Positions 10,224 to 20,611 of a DNA stretch of 64,000 nt are shown here, piece by piece. The stretch's first letter is position 1. Every line of letters begins with the position of its first letter. The notes under the pieces are model-generated. The model was given only the letters and a program-made list of their open reading frames with translations. It was not told the origin of the DNA and ran no database searches. Origin of the DNA: Gammaproteobacteria bacterium (GTDB lineage: Bacteria; Pseudomonadota; Gammaproteobacteria; S012-40). Where the stretch lies: NCBI GenBank assembly GCA_029884425.1, contig JAOUHV010000007.1, positions 11,358-75,357 of the forward strand. The letters are read 5' to 3'. The position numbers were made by a program, and so were the translations under genes.

Positions 10224-10799
10224 GTGAAATTGCCGTTACAAATTACTACCAGAAAAATGTCCCTCTCCAAGAATGCATTTGGAGCCATTCAGAAAAAAGC
10301 TCAGAAACTGGAGCAGTTCTTTGATCAGATTATCAGTTGTCGGGTGATGGTGGAGACGCCGCATCGCCATAAGCAACAAGGCCTTTTGTACAACGTACGC
10401 GTCGATTTAACGGTCCCCGGTGCTGAATTGGTAGTGAAGCGGGAACCTAACGAGGATATCTACGTTGCCATTCGTGACACATTCGATGCGGCACAGCGTC
10501 AGTTGAAAGAGTTTGTTCGTCGTCGTCGAGGCGATGTAAAAAATCACCATAACGGTGTGCATGCAACGCAGTTGCTGGCAGGGCCTTCCTCTAGGGTTAA
10601 TCACGTTGGTCGGGTCAGGGAATTGTTTGCTGATCAGGGATTTGGCTATTTGGAGGCTGAAGACGGTCGGGAAATATATTTCAGCGGCAGTATTTTGCTG
10701 GATGGAGCGTTGGATGAGATGGAAGTTGGTATGCCGGTGCGGTTTGCCGAGAACTTCGCAACCACTCCTGGTCGAGCGTTGGAAGTTAGCATGCGCTAA
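10224..10799 (+). CDS. hpf: HPF/RaiA-family ribosome hibernation factor fused to a C-terminal cold-shock (CSD/S1-like) domain
   Basis: N-terminus LQITTRKMSLSKNAFGAIQKKAQKLEQFF...TPHRHKQQG aligns with E. coli HPF (LNITGHNVEITPALRDYVTKKLERLERHF...EKHRH). C-terminus GRVRELFADQGFGYLEAEDGREIYFSGSIL...GMPVRF matches the CspA core. GTG start with AGGAGG 8 nt upstream. Confidence 0.8.
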   Translation: MKLPLQITTRKMSLSKNAFGAIQKKAQKLEQFFDQIISCRVMVETPHRHKQQGLLYNVRVDLTVPGAELVVKREPNEDIYVAIRDTFDAAQRQLKEFVRRRRGDVKNHHNGVHATQLLAGPSSRVNHVGRVRELFADQGFGYLEAEDGREIYFSGSILLDGALDEMEVGMPVRFAENFATTPGRALEVSMR

Positions 10800-10972
10800 T
10801 ACTGGCGGATGTTCGGATTAAAACGGGCCCGATACGGGCCCGTTTTCGTTGGGCGGGGGGCAACCAGTTCCGGGATGATTAAAGGTTTGTTTGACGAGTG
10901 TCGAAATCCCGGCATGCACATGTTTGTTTCCGGCGACATGGCTTGGAGTCCCTGGTTGGAAAAGGAACCTTT

Positions 10973-11695
10973 ATGGCAAGCCCCTATACGAACATTCCGG
11001 ATTCGGATGAGAATAGTCTGATCGCTAAATATTCGCCCTTGGTGAAGCGGATCGCTTATCACCTAATGGCGCGCTTGCCATCATCGGTGGTGGTAGATGA
11101 CTTGATTCAGGCCGGGATGGTTGGTTTGTTGGAAGCCTCAAAGAACTATCGCTCCGAGCTGGGTGCCAGTTTTGAGACATACGCAGGCATTCGTATTCGT
11201 GGCTCCATGTTAGACGAATTGCGTCGCAATGACTGGGCGCCCAAGTCGGTGCATCGCAAGACGCGCGAGCTGGCAGAAGTGGTACGTCAGATTGAGGCGC
11301 GTACCGGAAGGGATGCGCGTGACAGTGAAGTTGCTCAGGAAATGGGCATTTCGCTGGATGATTACTACAAAATTCTTCAGGATTCCAGCAGTGCCAGAAT
11401 GTTTGCATTCGAGGAATTGGGCGTTGATGAAGAGGCTCTGGAAAACAGTATTGCAGCACGGATTAATGGTCCACTGGATGACATGCAGGACGAACGTTTT
11501 CGCGCTCGTTTGATCGAGGCCATTGCCAGTTTGCCAGAGCGTGAAAAAATGGTAGTGACGTTGTATTATGATTCGGAACTAAATTTGCGTGAGATTGGTT
11601 CAGTGGTTGGTGTGAGTGAGTCCCGGATCAGCCAGTTGTTGAGTCAGGCGATGATACGCTTGCGTGCTCGCTTGAAAGATTGGGTAATAGAATAG
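10973..11695 (+). CDS. fliA: RNA polymerase sigma-28 factor FliA
   Basis: Region 2 DDLIQAGMVGLLEA...YAGIRIRGSMLDELRRNDWAPKSV and region 4 LPEREKMVVTLYYDSELNLREIGSVVGVSESRISQL align with E. coli FliA. ATG at 10973 is preceded by AAAGGAA. Confidence 0.9.
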   Translation: MASPYTNIPDSDENSLIAKYSPLVKRIAYHLMARLPSSVVVDDLIQAGMVGLLEASKNYRSELGASFETYAGIRIRGSMLDELRRNDWAPKSVHRKTRELAEVVRQIEARTGRDARDSEVAQEMGISLDDYYKILQDSSSARMFAFEELGVDEEALENSIAARINGPLDDMQDERFRARLIEAIASLPEREKMVVTLYYDSELNLREIGSVVGVSESRISQLLSQAMIRLRARLKDWVIE

Positions 11696-11758
11696 CTTAC
11701 CATCGTGTAATAACATCCTTGGCAAGCCGATACAACGAATATGTAGTGAAAGTTAGGT

Positions 11759-12211
11759 TTGCATATGTCTGCGACAATACAACGAAAGGTACTAACGAAT
11801 TCGACGCCGCTGTACGAAGAAAATTATCAGCGGCTTAAAGCCTGCTTTCCAACCTTGAGCCGTCTGAGCTACGCTGAAGCGGTCAGTGAAAATAATACGC
11901 TGGTTTTACGCTATCAACTGGAAGAAAGTTTTAAATACACAAGCATTATTTCTCTTAGCCTTGTTCCTACTCGAAAAATCCTCGGTATGCCTGCTTGCGA
12001 TTTACAGCTGCGGATGTATCACGATGCGCATTTGGTCGAAGTCATTGCGTGCCAAGGAGAGTATCGGTTCCTTCCTCAGTACGACTATCCAAATAGCAAA
12101 ATGTATCAACGCAACGAAAAATATCAGATTAATCAGTTGTTGCGGGACTTGCTTATTTTTTGTCAGCGGATGCGGTTTCATCTTTTGGAATCCTGTGTTC
12201 AGCCAACCTGA
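11759..12211 (+). CDS. DUF1249 family protein (E. coli YqiB-like)
   Basis: LRMYHDAHLVEVIACQGEYRFLPQYDYPNSKMYQRNEKYQINQLLRDLL closely parallels YqiB [49 protein letters not shown]. Confidence 0.75.
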   Translation: MHMSATIQRKVLTNSTPLYEENYQRLKACFPTLSRLSYAEAVSENNTLVLRYQLEESFKYTSIISLSLVPTRKILGMPACDLQLRMYHDAHLVEVIACQGEYRFLPQYDYPNSKMYQRNEKYQINQLLRDLLIFCQRMRFHLLESCVQPT

Positions 12212-12346
12212 AGGCTATGCATTCAGTGGCAGGAGGTTTTACGTGAGAGTCCGATCACGTTTTTTGAAAGAAAATCCTAAAAACCACATCTCATTGGCCG
12301 ATTCCCACCTATGTCAAAGTTAATATGAGTTGCAAAGAGGAGAGTT

Positions 12347-12529
12347 ATGGGAGCGCTGAGAGAAATTATTGAGCAAGAAGAACGGATGGCTGATGAGCTA
12401 GAAGATAAATTGCATGCGGATTTGACATATCGTGAGCCAGAATCCGTACAAATTACGGATGAGTGGGACACCATGATGGACGAGTATATGGATGATTTTC
12501 AGGACTTCGGTGAATCGGATTCATTTTAA
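12347..12529 (+). CDS. Small (60 aa) highly acidic protein of unknown function
   Basis: Strong SD (AGAGGAGAG) 6 nt before the ATG. It has its own rho-independent terminator immediately downstream. About 40% Asp+Glu. No family recognised. Confidence 0.5.
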   Translation: MGALREIIEQEERMADELEDKLHADLTYREPESVQITDEWDTMMDEYMDDFQDFGESDSF

Positions 12530-12547
12530 GACTTGTTCCATCCACAT

Positions 12548-12576
12548 AAAAAAACCGCCAAATGGCGGTTTTTTTA
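12548..12576. terminator. Bidirectional rho-independent terminator (small acidic ORF / LysR gene)
   Basis: aaaaaaa-ccgcc-aaat-ggcgg-ttttttt: a GC stem flanked by an A-run and a T-run. Confidence 0.75.
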
Positions 12577-13449
12577 TGTGTGCTCGGAAAACTCGCGCAG
12601 CAGTTGTAGCAGACAATGCCCCGCATTGGTTGGCGTGCGCTGGTGGTGTTGTACGACACCCAATTGGCGATGAGCATCAAATTGGGGAATGGATAGTACC
12701 TGCAGATCATCGCTGAGCATGCGCTGCGGCAAGGCGCTCCAACCCAGGCCGACGCTGACCATCATTTTAATCGTTTCTAGATAATTGCTCGACAGGCGGG
12801 TGTTGAGGCTGATGCCCAGTGGCAACAGGGCGCGTTCGACTACCGTATGGGTATAGCTGGTACGTGGGGGCAGGATTGCCGGGTAGAGGCTGAGTTGCTC
12901 GGGTGTGAAAGCCTCTCGCGCCAGGGGATGGTCTTTGGCGACCACAATGTGCAAGGTGTCGTCCCATAGCGGGGTGGTGATGAGCGCTGGCGGTGCCTGC
13001 AATGGCAAAGTTACCACGGCCAGCTCTATGCGGTTGTCTTCCACGGCCTGACAGGCGGATTCCGAATCCAGAAAGTGTAAATCCAGCTCCACCAGCGGGT
13101 AGCGTTGGGTGTACTGGCGCAGGATGGGGGGGAGAATATGCAGACCCACGTGATGACTGGTGGCCAGACTTAGCCAGCCACTGACCTGGTTGGAAAGCTG
13201 CTCCAGGGCGCGTTTGCTGTCGCCCAGTTGCGTCAAAATGCCGCGTGCGTAGGGTAGCAGGACGCTGCCAGCCTGGGTGAGCACTACCTGGCGATTAATG
13301 CGATCGAACAGCCGCCGGCCCAGTTCATCCTCTAATTGCGACACCCGTTTGCTGACCGCAGACTGGGTAAGAAACAGCGCCTTGGCACCTTCGGAAAACG
13401 AGCCGGTTTCAGCGACCTTGATAAAAGCCTGCAGGGAGTGGATGTCCAT
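12574..13449 (-). CDS. LysR-family transcriptional regulator, divergent from leuC
   Basis: N-terminal HTH MDIHSLQAFIKVAETGSFSEGAKALFLTQSAVSKRVSQLEDELG plus a LysR substrate-binding domain. It is oriented divergently from the leuCDB operon. Confidence 0.88.
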   Translation of the reverse strand: MDIHSLQAFIKVAETGSFSEGAKALFLTQSAVSKRVSQLEDELGRRLFDRINRQVVLTQAGSVLLPYARGILTQLGDSKRALEQLSNQVSGWLSLATSHHVGLHILPPILRQYTQRYPLVELDLHFLDSESACQAVEDNRIELAVVTLPLQAPPALITTPLWDDTLHIVVAKDHPLAREAFTPEQLSLYPAILPPRTSYTHTVVERALLPLGISLNTRLSSNYLETIKMMVSVGLGWSALPQRMLSDDLQVLSIPQFDAHRQLGVVQHHQRTPTNAGHCLLQLLREFSEHT

Positions 13450-13559
13450 TCATGTATTCCATAATGGAATTGGTTTTATGAAAAATATGAATTTGTGTAA
13501 TGGATGTCAAGCGATTATGCTGTCTCCATCTAATTTGGAACTGAATACAGGAGAACGCC

Positions 13560-14966
13560 GTGGCTGGTAAAACCTTATACGACAAGTTATGGGACGCTCA
13601 CGTGGTGCGCACTGACGCGGATGGAACTGCGTTGCTGTACATCGATCGTCAGTTGGTTCACGAAGTGACCTCGCCGCAGGCTTTCGAGGGCTTGCGTTTG
13701 GCAGGTCGCAAACCCTGGCGGGTGAGCGCCAATTTGGCGACCCCAGATCACAATGTGCCGACGACCGACCGTAGCGTGGGTATTGCCGATCCGGTATCGC
13801 GCACCCAGGTAGAGACCCTGGGCGCCAACTGCGCTGAGTTCGGTATTACCGAATTCAAGATGGATGACATCCGCCAGGGGATTGTACACGTTGTCGGACC
13901 GGAGCAGGGTGCTACCTTGCCGGGCATGACGGTGGTGTGTGGTGATTCCCATACCGCGACCCACGGGGCGTTTGGTGCATTGGCGTTTGGTATAGGCACG
14001 TCCGAGGTCGAACACGTCATGGCCACCCAGTGTTTGATTCAGAAAAAAGCCAAGAACATGTTGGTGAGCGTCGATGGCGAGCTTGGCGCGGGTGTGACCG
14101 CCAAGGACGTGGTGTTGGCAATTATTCGTGAAATTGGCACTGCAGGCGGCACTGGTTACACCATCGAATTTGCCGGCAGTGCCATTCGTTCGTTGAGCGT
14201 GGAAGGTCGCATGACCGTGTGCAACATGGCCATCGAAGCCGGAGCGCGCGCAGGTTTGGTGGCGGTTGATGACAAAACCTTGGCATACGTTAAAGGTCGC
14301 CCCTATGCGCCTACCGAACAACAATGGCCTGCTGCAGAGGCATTGTGGCGCGAATTGCACTCTGACGCCGATGCCAGATTTGACGCGGTGGTTCGCATCG
14401 ACGCGGCCAGCATTCGCCCCGCAGTGACCTGGGGAACGTCGCCTGAGATGGTTGTCTACGTGGATGACAAGGTGCCCGATCCCAGCAAAGAAGCCGATCC
14501 AGTCAAGCGCGATGGTATGGAAAAGGCGCTGACCTACATGGGTTTGCAGGCTAACACGCCGATCGAGCAGATTTCGGTAGACAAAGTCTTCATAGGTTCT
14601 TGCACCAACTCGCGGATTGAAGATTTACGCGCCGCGGCGCAAGTGGCCAAGGGGCGCAAGGTCGCGGGCAATATCAAACAGGCGCTGGTGGTACCAGGTT
14701 CTGGTTTGGTGAAAGCGCAGGCGGAAAAAGAAGGTTTGGACAAAATCTTCGTCGAGGCCGGTTTTGAATGGCGTGAGCCGGGTTGCTCCATGTGCCTGGC
14801 GATGAACGCCGACCGTCTGGAACCGGGTGAGCGTTGTGCCTCTACCTCCAACCGCAACTTCGAAGGCCGTCAGGGGCAGGGCGGACGCACGCATCTGGTG
14901 AGTCCGGCGATGGCCGCTGCCGCAGCGATTGCTGGGCACTTTGTTGACGTGCGCAAGATGAACTAG
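13560..14966 (+). CDS. leuC: 3-isopropylmalate dehydratase large subunit LeuC
   Basis: [14 protein letters not shown]...aconitase-family Fe-S ligands ([20 protein letters not shown]). 468 aa. Confidence 0.95.
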   Translation: MAGKTLYDKLWDAHVVRTDADGTALLYIDRQLVHEVTSPQAFEGLRLAGRKPWRVSANLATPDHNVPTTDRSVGIADPVSRTQVETLGANCAEFGITEFKMDDIRQGIVHVVGPEQGATLPGMTVVCGDSHTATHGAFGALAFGIGTSEVEHVMATQCLIQKKAKNMLVSVDGELGAGVTAKDVVLAIIREIGTAGGTGYTIEFAGSAIRSLSVEGRMTVCNMAIEAGARAGLVAVDDKTLAYVKGRPYAPTEQQWPAAEALWRELHSDADARFDAVVRIDAASIRPAVTWGTSPEMVVYVDDKVPDPSKEADPVKRDGMEKALTYMGLQANTPIEQISVDKVFIGSCTNSRIEDLRAAAQVAKGRKVAGNIKQALVVPGSGLVKAQAEKEGLDKIFVEAGFEWREPGCSMCLAMNADRLEPGERCASTSNRNFEGRQGQGGRTHLVSPAMAAAAAIAGHFVDVRKMN

Positions 14967-14976
14967 GAGAAATCGG

Positions 14977-15615
14977 ATGAAAGCGTTTACCCAGTTAAAT
15001 GGTTTGGTGGCGCCCATGGATCGCGCCAACGTGGATACGGATGCCATTATTCCCAAGCAGTTTTTGAAGTCCATCAAGCGCAGTGGCTTTGGACCTAACT
15101 TGTTTGACGAGTGGCGTTATCTGGATCGTGGCGAGCCTGACGCTGACAACAGCGGCCGTCCCAAAAACCCGGATTTCGTGTTGAATCAGCCTCGTTACCA
15201 GGGCGTGAGCATTTTGCTTGCCCGGGAAAACTTCGGCTGTGGCTCCAGTCGCGAACACGCGCCCTGGGCCTTGGAAGACTTCGGTTTTCGCGCGATTATC
15301 GCCCCGAGTTTTGCGGACATTTTCTATAACAACTGTTTCAAAAATGGTATTCTGCCGATTAAATTGGATGCAGCAACCGTGGACAGTTTGTTCAAGGAAA
15401 CCTATGCCAGCGAAGGGTATCGGTTGAATATCGATTTGGCGGCACAGACCATTGTCAGACCCAATGGTGACGCCATTCCGTTTGAGGTTGATCCATTCCG
15501 TAAACATTGTTTGCTCAATGGCTTGGACGATATCGGTTTGACCTTGCAGCATGTGGATGACATCAAAGCTTACGAGCAGCGCCGCAAGGTCGTCGCGCCG
15601 TGGTTGTTTGCATAA
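14977..15615 (+). CDS. leuD: 3-isopropylmalate dehydratase small subunit LeuD
   Basis: 212 aa swivel domain. [19 protein letters not shown] motif. Directly downstream of leuC. Confidence 0.93.
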   Translation: MKAFTQLNGLVAPMDRANVDTDAIIPKQFLKSIKRSGFGPNLFDEWRYLDRGEPDADNSGRPKNPDFVLNQPRYQGVSILLARENFGCGSSREHAPWALEDFGFRAIIAPSFADIFYNNCFKNGILPIKLDAATVDSLFKETYASEGYRLNIDLAAQTIVRPNGDAIPFEVDPFRKHCLLNGLDDIGLTLQHVDDIKAYEQRRKVVAPWLFA

Positions 15616-15641
15616 GCGTATTACAGTAACAGGTAGCACAG

Positions 15642-16808
15642 ATGACAAAGAAGATTTTAGTATTGCCCGGTGACGGCATTGGTACCGAGATTGTCGACGA
15701 GGCCGTGAAGGTGATTCACTGCCTGCAGGCGGATTTTGGTCTGGATGTGGAATTGACCCACGGTTTGGTAGGTGGTGCGGCGTACGACGCGACGGGCACG
15801 CCACTGCCCGAAGAAACGCTGAAAATGGCCAAGGCTTCTGACGCAATCCTGCTGGGTGCGGTCGGTGGTTACAAGTGGGAGTCGCTGGATATTTCCGTGC
15901 GCCCTGAAAAAGGTCTGCTGGGACTGCGCTCCAATCTGCAGTTGTTTTCCAACCTGCGTCCGGCGATTTTGTATCCACAACTGGCCAGTGCTTCCACGCT
16001 GAAGCCTGAAGTAGTTGCTGGCTTGGACATCATGATTGTGCGTGAATTGACCGGCGGTATTTATTTTGGTCAGCCACGCGGTGTGCGCACCCTGGAAAAT
16101 GGTGAGCGCCAAGGCTACAACACACTGGTTTACAGCGAATCAGAAATCCGTCGCATCGGTCGTTCTGCGTTTGAAATTGCGATGAAGCGCAACAAGAAAG
16201 TGTGCTCCATCGACAAGGCCAACGTACTGGAGTGTACCGAGTTGTGGCGTGAAGTCATGACTGAAGTGGCCAAGGATTACCCGGAAGTTCAGTTGAGCCA
16301 CATGTACGTGGACAACGCCGCGATGCAGTTGGTGCGTTGGCCAAAGCAGTTCGACGTGGTGGTTACCACCAATATGTTCGGTGATATTTTGTCCGATTGC
16401 GCGGCGATGCTGACCGGCTCGATTGGTATGCTGCCATCGGCGTCGCTGAATGCAGAAGGCAAGGGCATGTACGAACCGATTCACGGTTCTGCGCCAGACA
16501 TCGCTGGCAAGGGCATTGCCAATCCGCTGGCGACGATTTTGTCCGTGTCGATGATGTTGCGTTATTCGCTGGATCGCGGCGATTTGGCAGATCGAGTGGA
16601 TCGCGCGGTGTCAGAAGTGCTGGATGCCGGCATTCGTACTGCGGACATTTACACCGAAGGTACGCAAAAAGTGAATACCTCCGCTATGGGTGATGCAGTG
16701 GTGTCCCACCTTAAACGCGACATGTGGAAAGATATTTCGTCCGGTTTACATGATGAGCACAGTGCCAGCTGCGCACGCGGCGGTAATTTTTCAAACGACA
16801 AAGATTGA
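15642..16808 (+). CDS. leuB: 3-isopropylmalate dehydrogenase LeuB (with a ~28-aa C-terminal extension)
   Basis: [17 protein letters not shown]...[26 protein letters not shown] are isocitrate/IPM dehydrogenase signatures. 388 aa versus the usual ~360. Confidence 0.93.
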   Translation: MTKKILVLPGDGIGTEIVDEAVKVIHCLQADFGLDVELTHGLVGGAAYDATGTPLPEETLKMAKASDAILLGAVGGYKWESLDISVRPEKGLLGLRSNLQLFSNLRPAILYPQLASASTLKPEVVAGLDIMIVRELTGGIYFGQPRGVRTLENGERQGYNTLVYSESEIRRIGRSAFEIAMKRNKKVCSIDKANVLECTELWREVMTEVAKDYPEVQLSHMYVDNAAMQLVRWPKQFDVVVTTNMFGDILSDCAAMLTGSIGMLPSASLNAEGKGMYEPIHGSAPDIAGKGIANPLATILSVSMMLRYSLDRGDLADRVDRAVSEVLDAGIRTADIYTEGTQKVNTSAMGDAVVSHLKRDMWKDISSGLHDEHSASCARGGNFSNDKD

Positions 16809-16838
16809 TTTGCTGTAACGCAAAAAGGAAAAAGTAAC

Positions 16839-17861
16839 ATGGCGAAGACATACGATGTGGCTGTCGTCGGCGCGACCGGAGCGGTAGGCGAGGCGATGAT
16901 TTCCATCCTGGAACAGCGCAATTTCCCCGTGGGCAAATTGTATTTGTTGGCCAGCGAGCGCTCTGCGGGTAAACGCGTTGAGTTCAAAGGCAAATACGTT
17001 TCCGTGGAAAATCTGGCGGATTTTGATTTCAGCAAGGTACAAATTGGTTTGTTTTCTGCGGGTGGTTCAATCTCTCGCGAGTTTGCGCCCAAGGCGGCTG
17101 AAGCAGGTTGTGTGGTCATCGACAACACGTCCGAATTCCGCATGGAAGACGATATTCCGCTGGTGGTGCCCGAGGTGAATCCTCATGCGGTGGCGCAGTA
17201 CACCAATCGCAACATTATCGCCAATCCAAATTGCTCCACCATCCAAATGCTGGTGGCGTTGAAGCCAATTTACGATGCCGTGGGTATCACTCGCATCAAC
17301 GTGGCGACCTATCAGGCGGTGTCTGGTACCGGCAAGGAAGCGATTGAAGAACTGGCCTCGCAAACAGCTACTTTGCTCAACGGCAAGAGCATTACCTGCG
17401 AAGTCTACCCCAAGCAAATTGCGTTTAACTGCTTGCCGCACATTGATGTCTTCCAAGATAATGGTTACACCCGCGAAGAAATGAAGATGGTGTGGGAAAC
17501 CAGAAAAATTCTGGAAGACGACCAGATTCAGGTGAATCCGACCGCAGTGCGCGTGCCGGTATTTTTTGGCCACTCGGAAGCGGTACACATTGAGACCCGT
17601 GAAAAAATCACTACGCTGATGGCGCGCGATCTGCTCGAGGCCGCTCCTGGCATCGTGTTGATGGACAAGCGTGAAGCGGGTGGTTATCCCACGCCAGTGA
17701 CTGAGGCAGCGGGCAATGATCCGGTCTACGTCGGACGTATTCGCGAAGATATTTCTCATCCAAAAGGTTTGAATCTTTGGGTTGTTGCAGATAATGTTCG
17801 TAAAGGTGCGGCGCTCAACAGTATTCAGATTGCGGAGCTGCTGATCGACAAATACCTTTAG
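16839..17861 (+). CDS. asd: Aspartate-semialdehyde dehydrogenase
   Basis: VAVVGATGAVGEAM N-terminal NAD(P) fold, the active-site NPNCSTIQM block and QAVSGTGKEAIEEL. 340 aa. The leuB-asd order matches Pseudomonas. Confidence 0.92.
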   Translation: MAKTYDVAVVGATGAVGEAMISILEQRNFPVGKLYLLASERSAGKRVEFKGKYVSVENLADFDFSKVQIGLFSAGGSISREFAPKAAEAGCVVIDNTSEFRMEDDIPLVVPEVNPHAVAQYTNRNIIANPNCSTIQMLVALKPIYDAVGITRINVATYQAVSGTGKEAIEELASQTATLLNGKSITCEVYPKQIAFNCLPHIDVFQDNGYTREEMKMVWETRKILEDDQIQVNPTAVRVPVFFGHSEAVHIETREKITTLMARDLLEAAPGIVLMDKREAGGYPTPVTEAAGNDPVYVGRIREDISHPKGLNLWVVADNVRKGAALNSIQIAELLIDKYL

Positions 17862-17866
17862 TAGGT

Positions 17867-20590
17867 TTGTTTGAGGACGTAAACAGCTGCATGGATTGTT
17901 TTAAAACTCGCAAGAAATTTTTGTGGCGCAAATCCCTGGTGGGATTTGCGCTTTCTGCGTTGCTGTTGCCTGGAGCAGCTTCTGCTTTGGGCATGGGCAA
18001 TATTCAGGTGAAATCCACCCTGCAGCAACCGCTGCAGGCACAAATTGAATTGTTGGATATTGATCCACAGCAACTGGATTATGTGCGGGTGAATCTGGCT
18101 GATCGTGCGTTGTTTACCCGCATGGGGTTGCAACGTACCGAGTTGCTGGAGCAGTTGAAATTCAATGTGCAAAAGCTCAAGGATGGACGTTACGTCATCG
18201 TGGTCAGCACGGAGAAACCGGTTGCTGAACCCTTTTTAAATTTTCTGATTGATGTGGATTGGGGTACAGGGCGCAGCTTCCGCGAATTTACCGTGCTGCT
18301 CGATCCGCCGGTGTTTCAAAGTGGTTCTGCGACTGCACCAGTGGTGGCACCAGAGGTTGTACCGTCGCGCGTAGTGACGACGCCTCCGCCAGCCGCTGAT
18401 GTTGCACCTTCCGCTCCAGCGGCGGCTGAGCCAGTTGCGTCTTCGCCGGTGGTCGCGGTTGCACCAACGTCGGCGCAAACAGCTGCAGCATCTGGCGCTG
18501 GTCAATTCCGTCTGCAAAAAGGTCCGGTCAAAAAAGGCCAGATGCTTTGGAATATTGCCAACGATGCGCGACCCAGCGACGTGTCGGTGAATCAGATGAT
18601 GCTGGCGTTGCTTAAGGAAAATCCCGACGCGTTTTTCGGTGACAACGTCAACATGCTCAAGGAAGGTTCGATCCTTCGCCTGAGCAGCGAGGACGCGGTG
18701 CGGATGTTTGGTTCGCGCGAAGCGATGCTAGAGATTGCCAAACAGAACAAAACCTGGTTGGAATATCGCCGTCAGTTGCAGGCGAACTCTGCCGTTGCCA
18801 GTGGCTCGGCCAGTGGCAAATTGCTTGGCGATCAGTCGGGCAGTGGGCAGGGCACTGGGGCAGCTCCGGTACAGCAAAAACGCCTGGAATTGGTGGCCCC
18901 CGAAGGTGACGATGCATCCCGTGCGGCGGTTGCCAGTGAAATCCAGCACCTGGAAAAACAAATTAATGAGCTGACCAATCAGTTGGCTATGTCGCGCGAA
19001 AGTGTGACGGCCGCCAAAGAAGAAAACAAAGAGCTGCGGACTCGCCTGGATGCGCTCAAGGAACAGATGACGGCGATGCAAAGCCTGATTGCGCTGAAGG
19101 ATCAGGAACTGGAAATGTTGCGTGCCCAGCCTGCACCGGATGCACAAGCGGGAGACCCGCTGCTGAGTCTGGATACGCCGCAACAGGATCAGCCACTGTC
19201 AGACAAGGCTGCCAACGAGAAAGTGGCAGAACCCAGTATCTGGCGTGACCCGCTGGTTCTGGCGACGCTCGGCGGGGTCGTGTTTTTGGTGATGTTGTTG
19301 GCTTGGATGTTGGGCCGCAATCGCAAGCGTGAGCAATCCCTGGATGATTTTGACAAACAAGTTGCCAAGCTTGCCAGCGATGAGCAAGACAGCGATTTTC
19401 GCCCGCAGGACAGCAAGTTTGTTCCCGAGGGTGCGCTGACAGAGGTTGCGCAGGATTCCGAACTTGAGCATTCAACGATTGCTGCCAGCAATGCGGCTGA
19501 CAGTGAACCATTAGGCGATTTTGCCCAAGGCAAAATGGTTGAAGTGGGCGAGGTGAAAACCTCTGCTGTGGATGCCTTGACCGAAGCCGATTTGTACATT
19601 GCCTACGAAAAATACGATAAGGCCAAGGAAGTGCTGAATGCCGCATTGGAGCGTGAGCCCGATGCGCTGACCTTGCGCTTGAAACGACTGGAAGTGTTGG
19701 CCTTGTTGCGAAATGCCGATGCGTTTGAGGAAGAAGCCGAGGAGATGTTTGCTGCGCTGGGTGGCAATGAACATCACCCCATGTGGCAGGCGGTGCTGGA
19801 ATACAGTCGCCACCTGCACAGCAGCAACCCGTTGTTTGATGATCACGAGTCTGAGCCGTCGCAGCAGCGTAGTCAATTTGTGGATCCGGCAATGGCATTG
19901 GTGGATCATCATTCACAAGCGGACAGCCACATTGCGGATTTGTCATTGGGTGACTTGCGCGATAAGGGCGACGTCGCCGTGCTGCAAGAAGAAGACAGCG
20001 TTGCCTTGCTGAGTGAGCTGGAGTCCATCGCGTCCGCCTTGGATGAAGTGCTGCAGGAAGAACGCAGCACAGGCTATATCCCTGTGGATATGGTTTCGCC
20101 AGGATCGGCAACGACCCAGTTCCCGGTCGAAGCATTTGAGCAGCCTGTTTCAGAGCCTGTGGCTCAGGAGTCGGAGACGCCAGCGGCATCGGACTATGAG
20201 GAGCTGGAGTGGCGGCCGGATGTGGTGACCGAACTGGTTCCTGGTCAGCCGCAGAGCGAAGTTGCGCAGGCACGTGATGAGGATTTTCGCGCGATTCGCG
20301 AAGCCTTGGAAGAGGTTGGTCTGGACGACGAACCGCATAGAAAAACTGGTGTGGCCGAACTTCAGGATTCGGATAATCTTGAGCCACTCAAGCAGGATGT
20401 AGATTCCGTGTATTTGTTAGATGATGAAGTAGGTAGTAAATTGGACTTGGCGCGAGCGTATCTGGAAATGGACGAGGACAAACGCGCCGAAGATTTACTG
20501 AGAGCGGTGCTGGAAGACGGCACTGAAAAGCAACAACAGGAAGCGACTGATTTGTTGCAGCTGATTGGCAAGGGATCGCAGCATTCTTGA
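17867..20590 (+). CDS. fimV: FimV-family peptidoglycan-binding (LysM) protein
   Basis: N-terminal signal peptide and conserved FimV N-domain (IQVKSTLQQPLQAQIELLDIDP...FREFTVLLDPP). An Ala/Pro-rich linker, a LysM-like segment (GQMLWNIAN), a single TM (VLATLGGVVFLVMLLAW) and an acidic C-terminal tail with a TPR-like FimV_C motif (LDLARAYLEMDEDKRAEDLL). 6 bp downstream of asd. Confidence 0.85.
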   Translation: MFEDVNSCMDCFKTRKKFLWRKSLVGFALSALLLPGAASALGMGNIQVKSTLQQPLQAQIELLDIDPQQLDYVRVNLADRALFTRMGLQRTELLEQLKFNVQKLKDGRYVIVVSTEKPVAEPFLNFLIDVDWGTGRSFREFTVLLDPPVFQSGSATAPVVAPEVVPSRVVTTPPPAADVAPSAPAAAEPVASSPVVAVAPTSAQTAAASGAGQFRLQKGPVKKGQMLWNIANDARPSDVSVNQMMLALLKENPDAFFGDNVNMLKEGSILRLSSEDAVRMFGSREAMLEIAKQNKTWLEYRRQLQANSAVASGSASGKLLGDQSGSGQGTGAAPVQQKRLELVAPEGDDASRAAVASEIQHLEKQINELTNQLAMSRESVTAAKEENKELRTRLDALKEQMTAMQSLIALKDQELEMLRAQPAPDAQAGDPLLSLDTPQQDQPLSDKAANEKVAEPSIWRDPLVLATLGGVVFLVMLLAWMLGRNRKREQSLDDFDKQVAKLASDEQDSDFRPQDSKFVPEGALTEVAQDSELEHSTIAASNAADSEPLGDFAQGKMVEVGEVKTSAVDALTEADLYIAYEKYDKAKEVLNAALEREPDALTLRLKRLEVLALLRNADAFEEEAEEMFAALGGNEHHPMWQAVLEYSRHLHSSNPLFDDHESEPSQQRSQFVDPAMALVDHHSQADSHIADLSLGDLRDKGDVAVLQEEDSVALLSELESIASALDEVLQEERSTGYIPVDMVSPGSATTQFPVEAFEQPVSEPVAQESETPAASDYEELEWRPDVVTELVPGQPQSEVAQARDEDFRAIREALEEVGLDDEPHRKTGVAELQDSDNLEPLKQDVDSVYLLDDEVGSKLDLARAYLEMDEDKRAEDLLRAVLEDGTEKQQQEATDLLQLIGKGSQHS

Positions 20591-20611
20591 TTGTTGCGAT
20601 ACGAACCCGCA

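Noticed and set aside
13587-14360. 257-aa minus-strand ORF antisense to leuC, and similar antisense ORFs in leuD/leuB (14995-15978, 15657-16112)
   Set aside because: They are nested in highly conserved leu genes. Such antisense frames are commonplace.
19056-20387. 443-aa minus-strand Pro/Arg-rich ORF antisense to fimV
   Set aside because: It mirrors the Ala/Glu-rich low-complexity coding of fimV on the opposite strand. It has no SD and no plausible fold.
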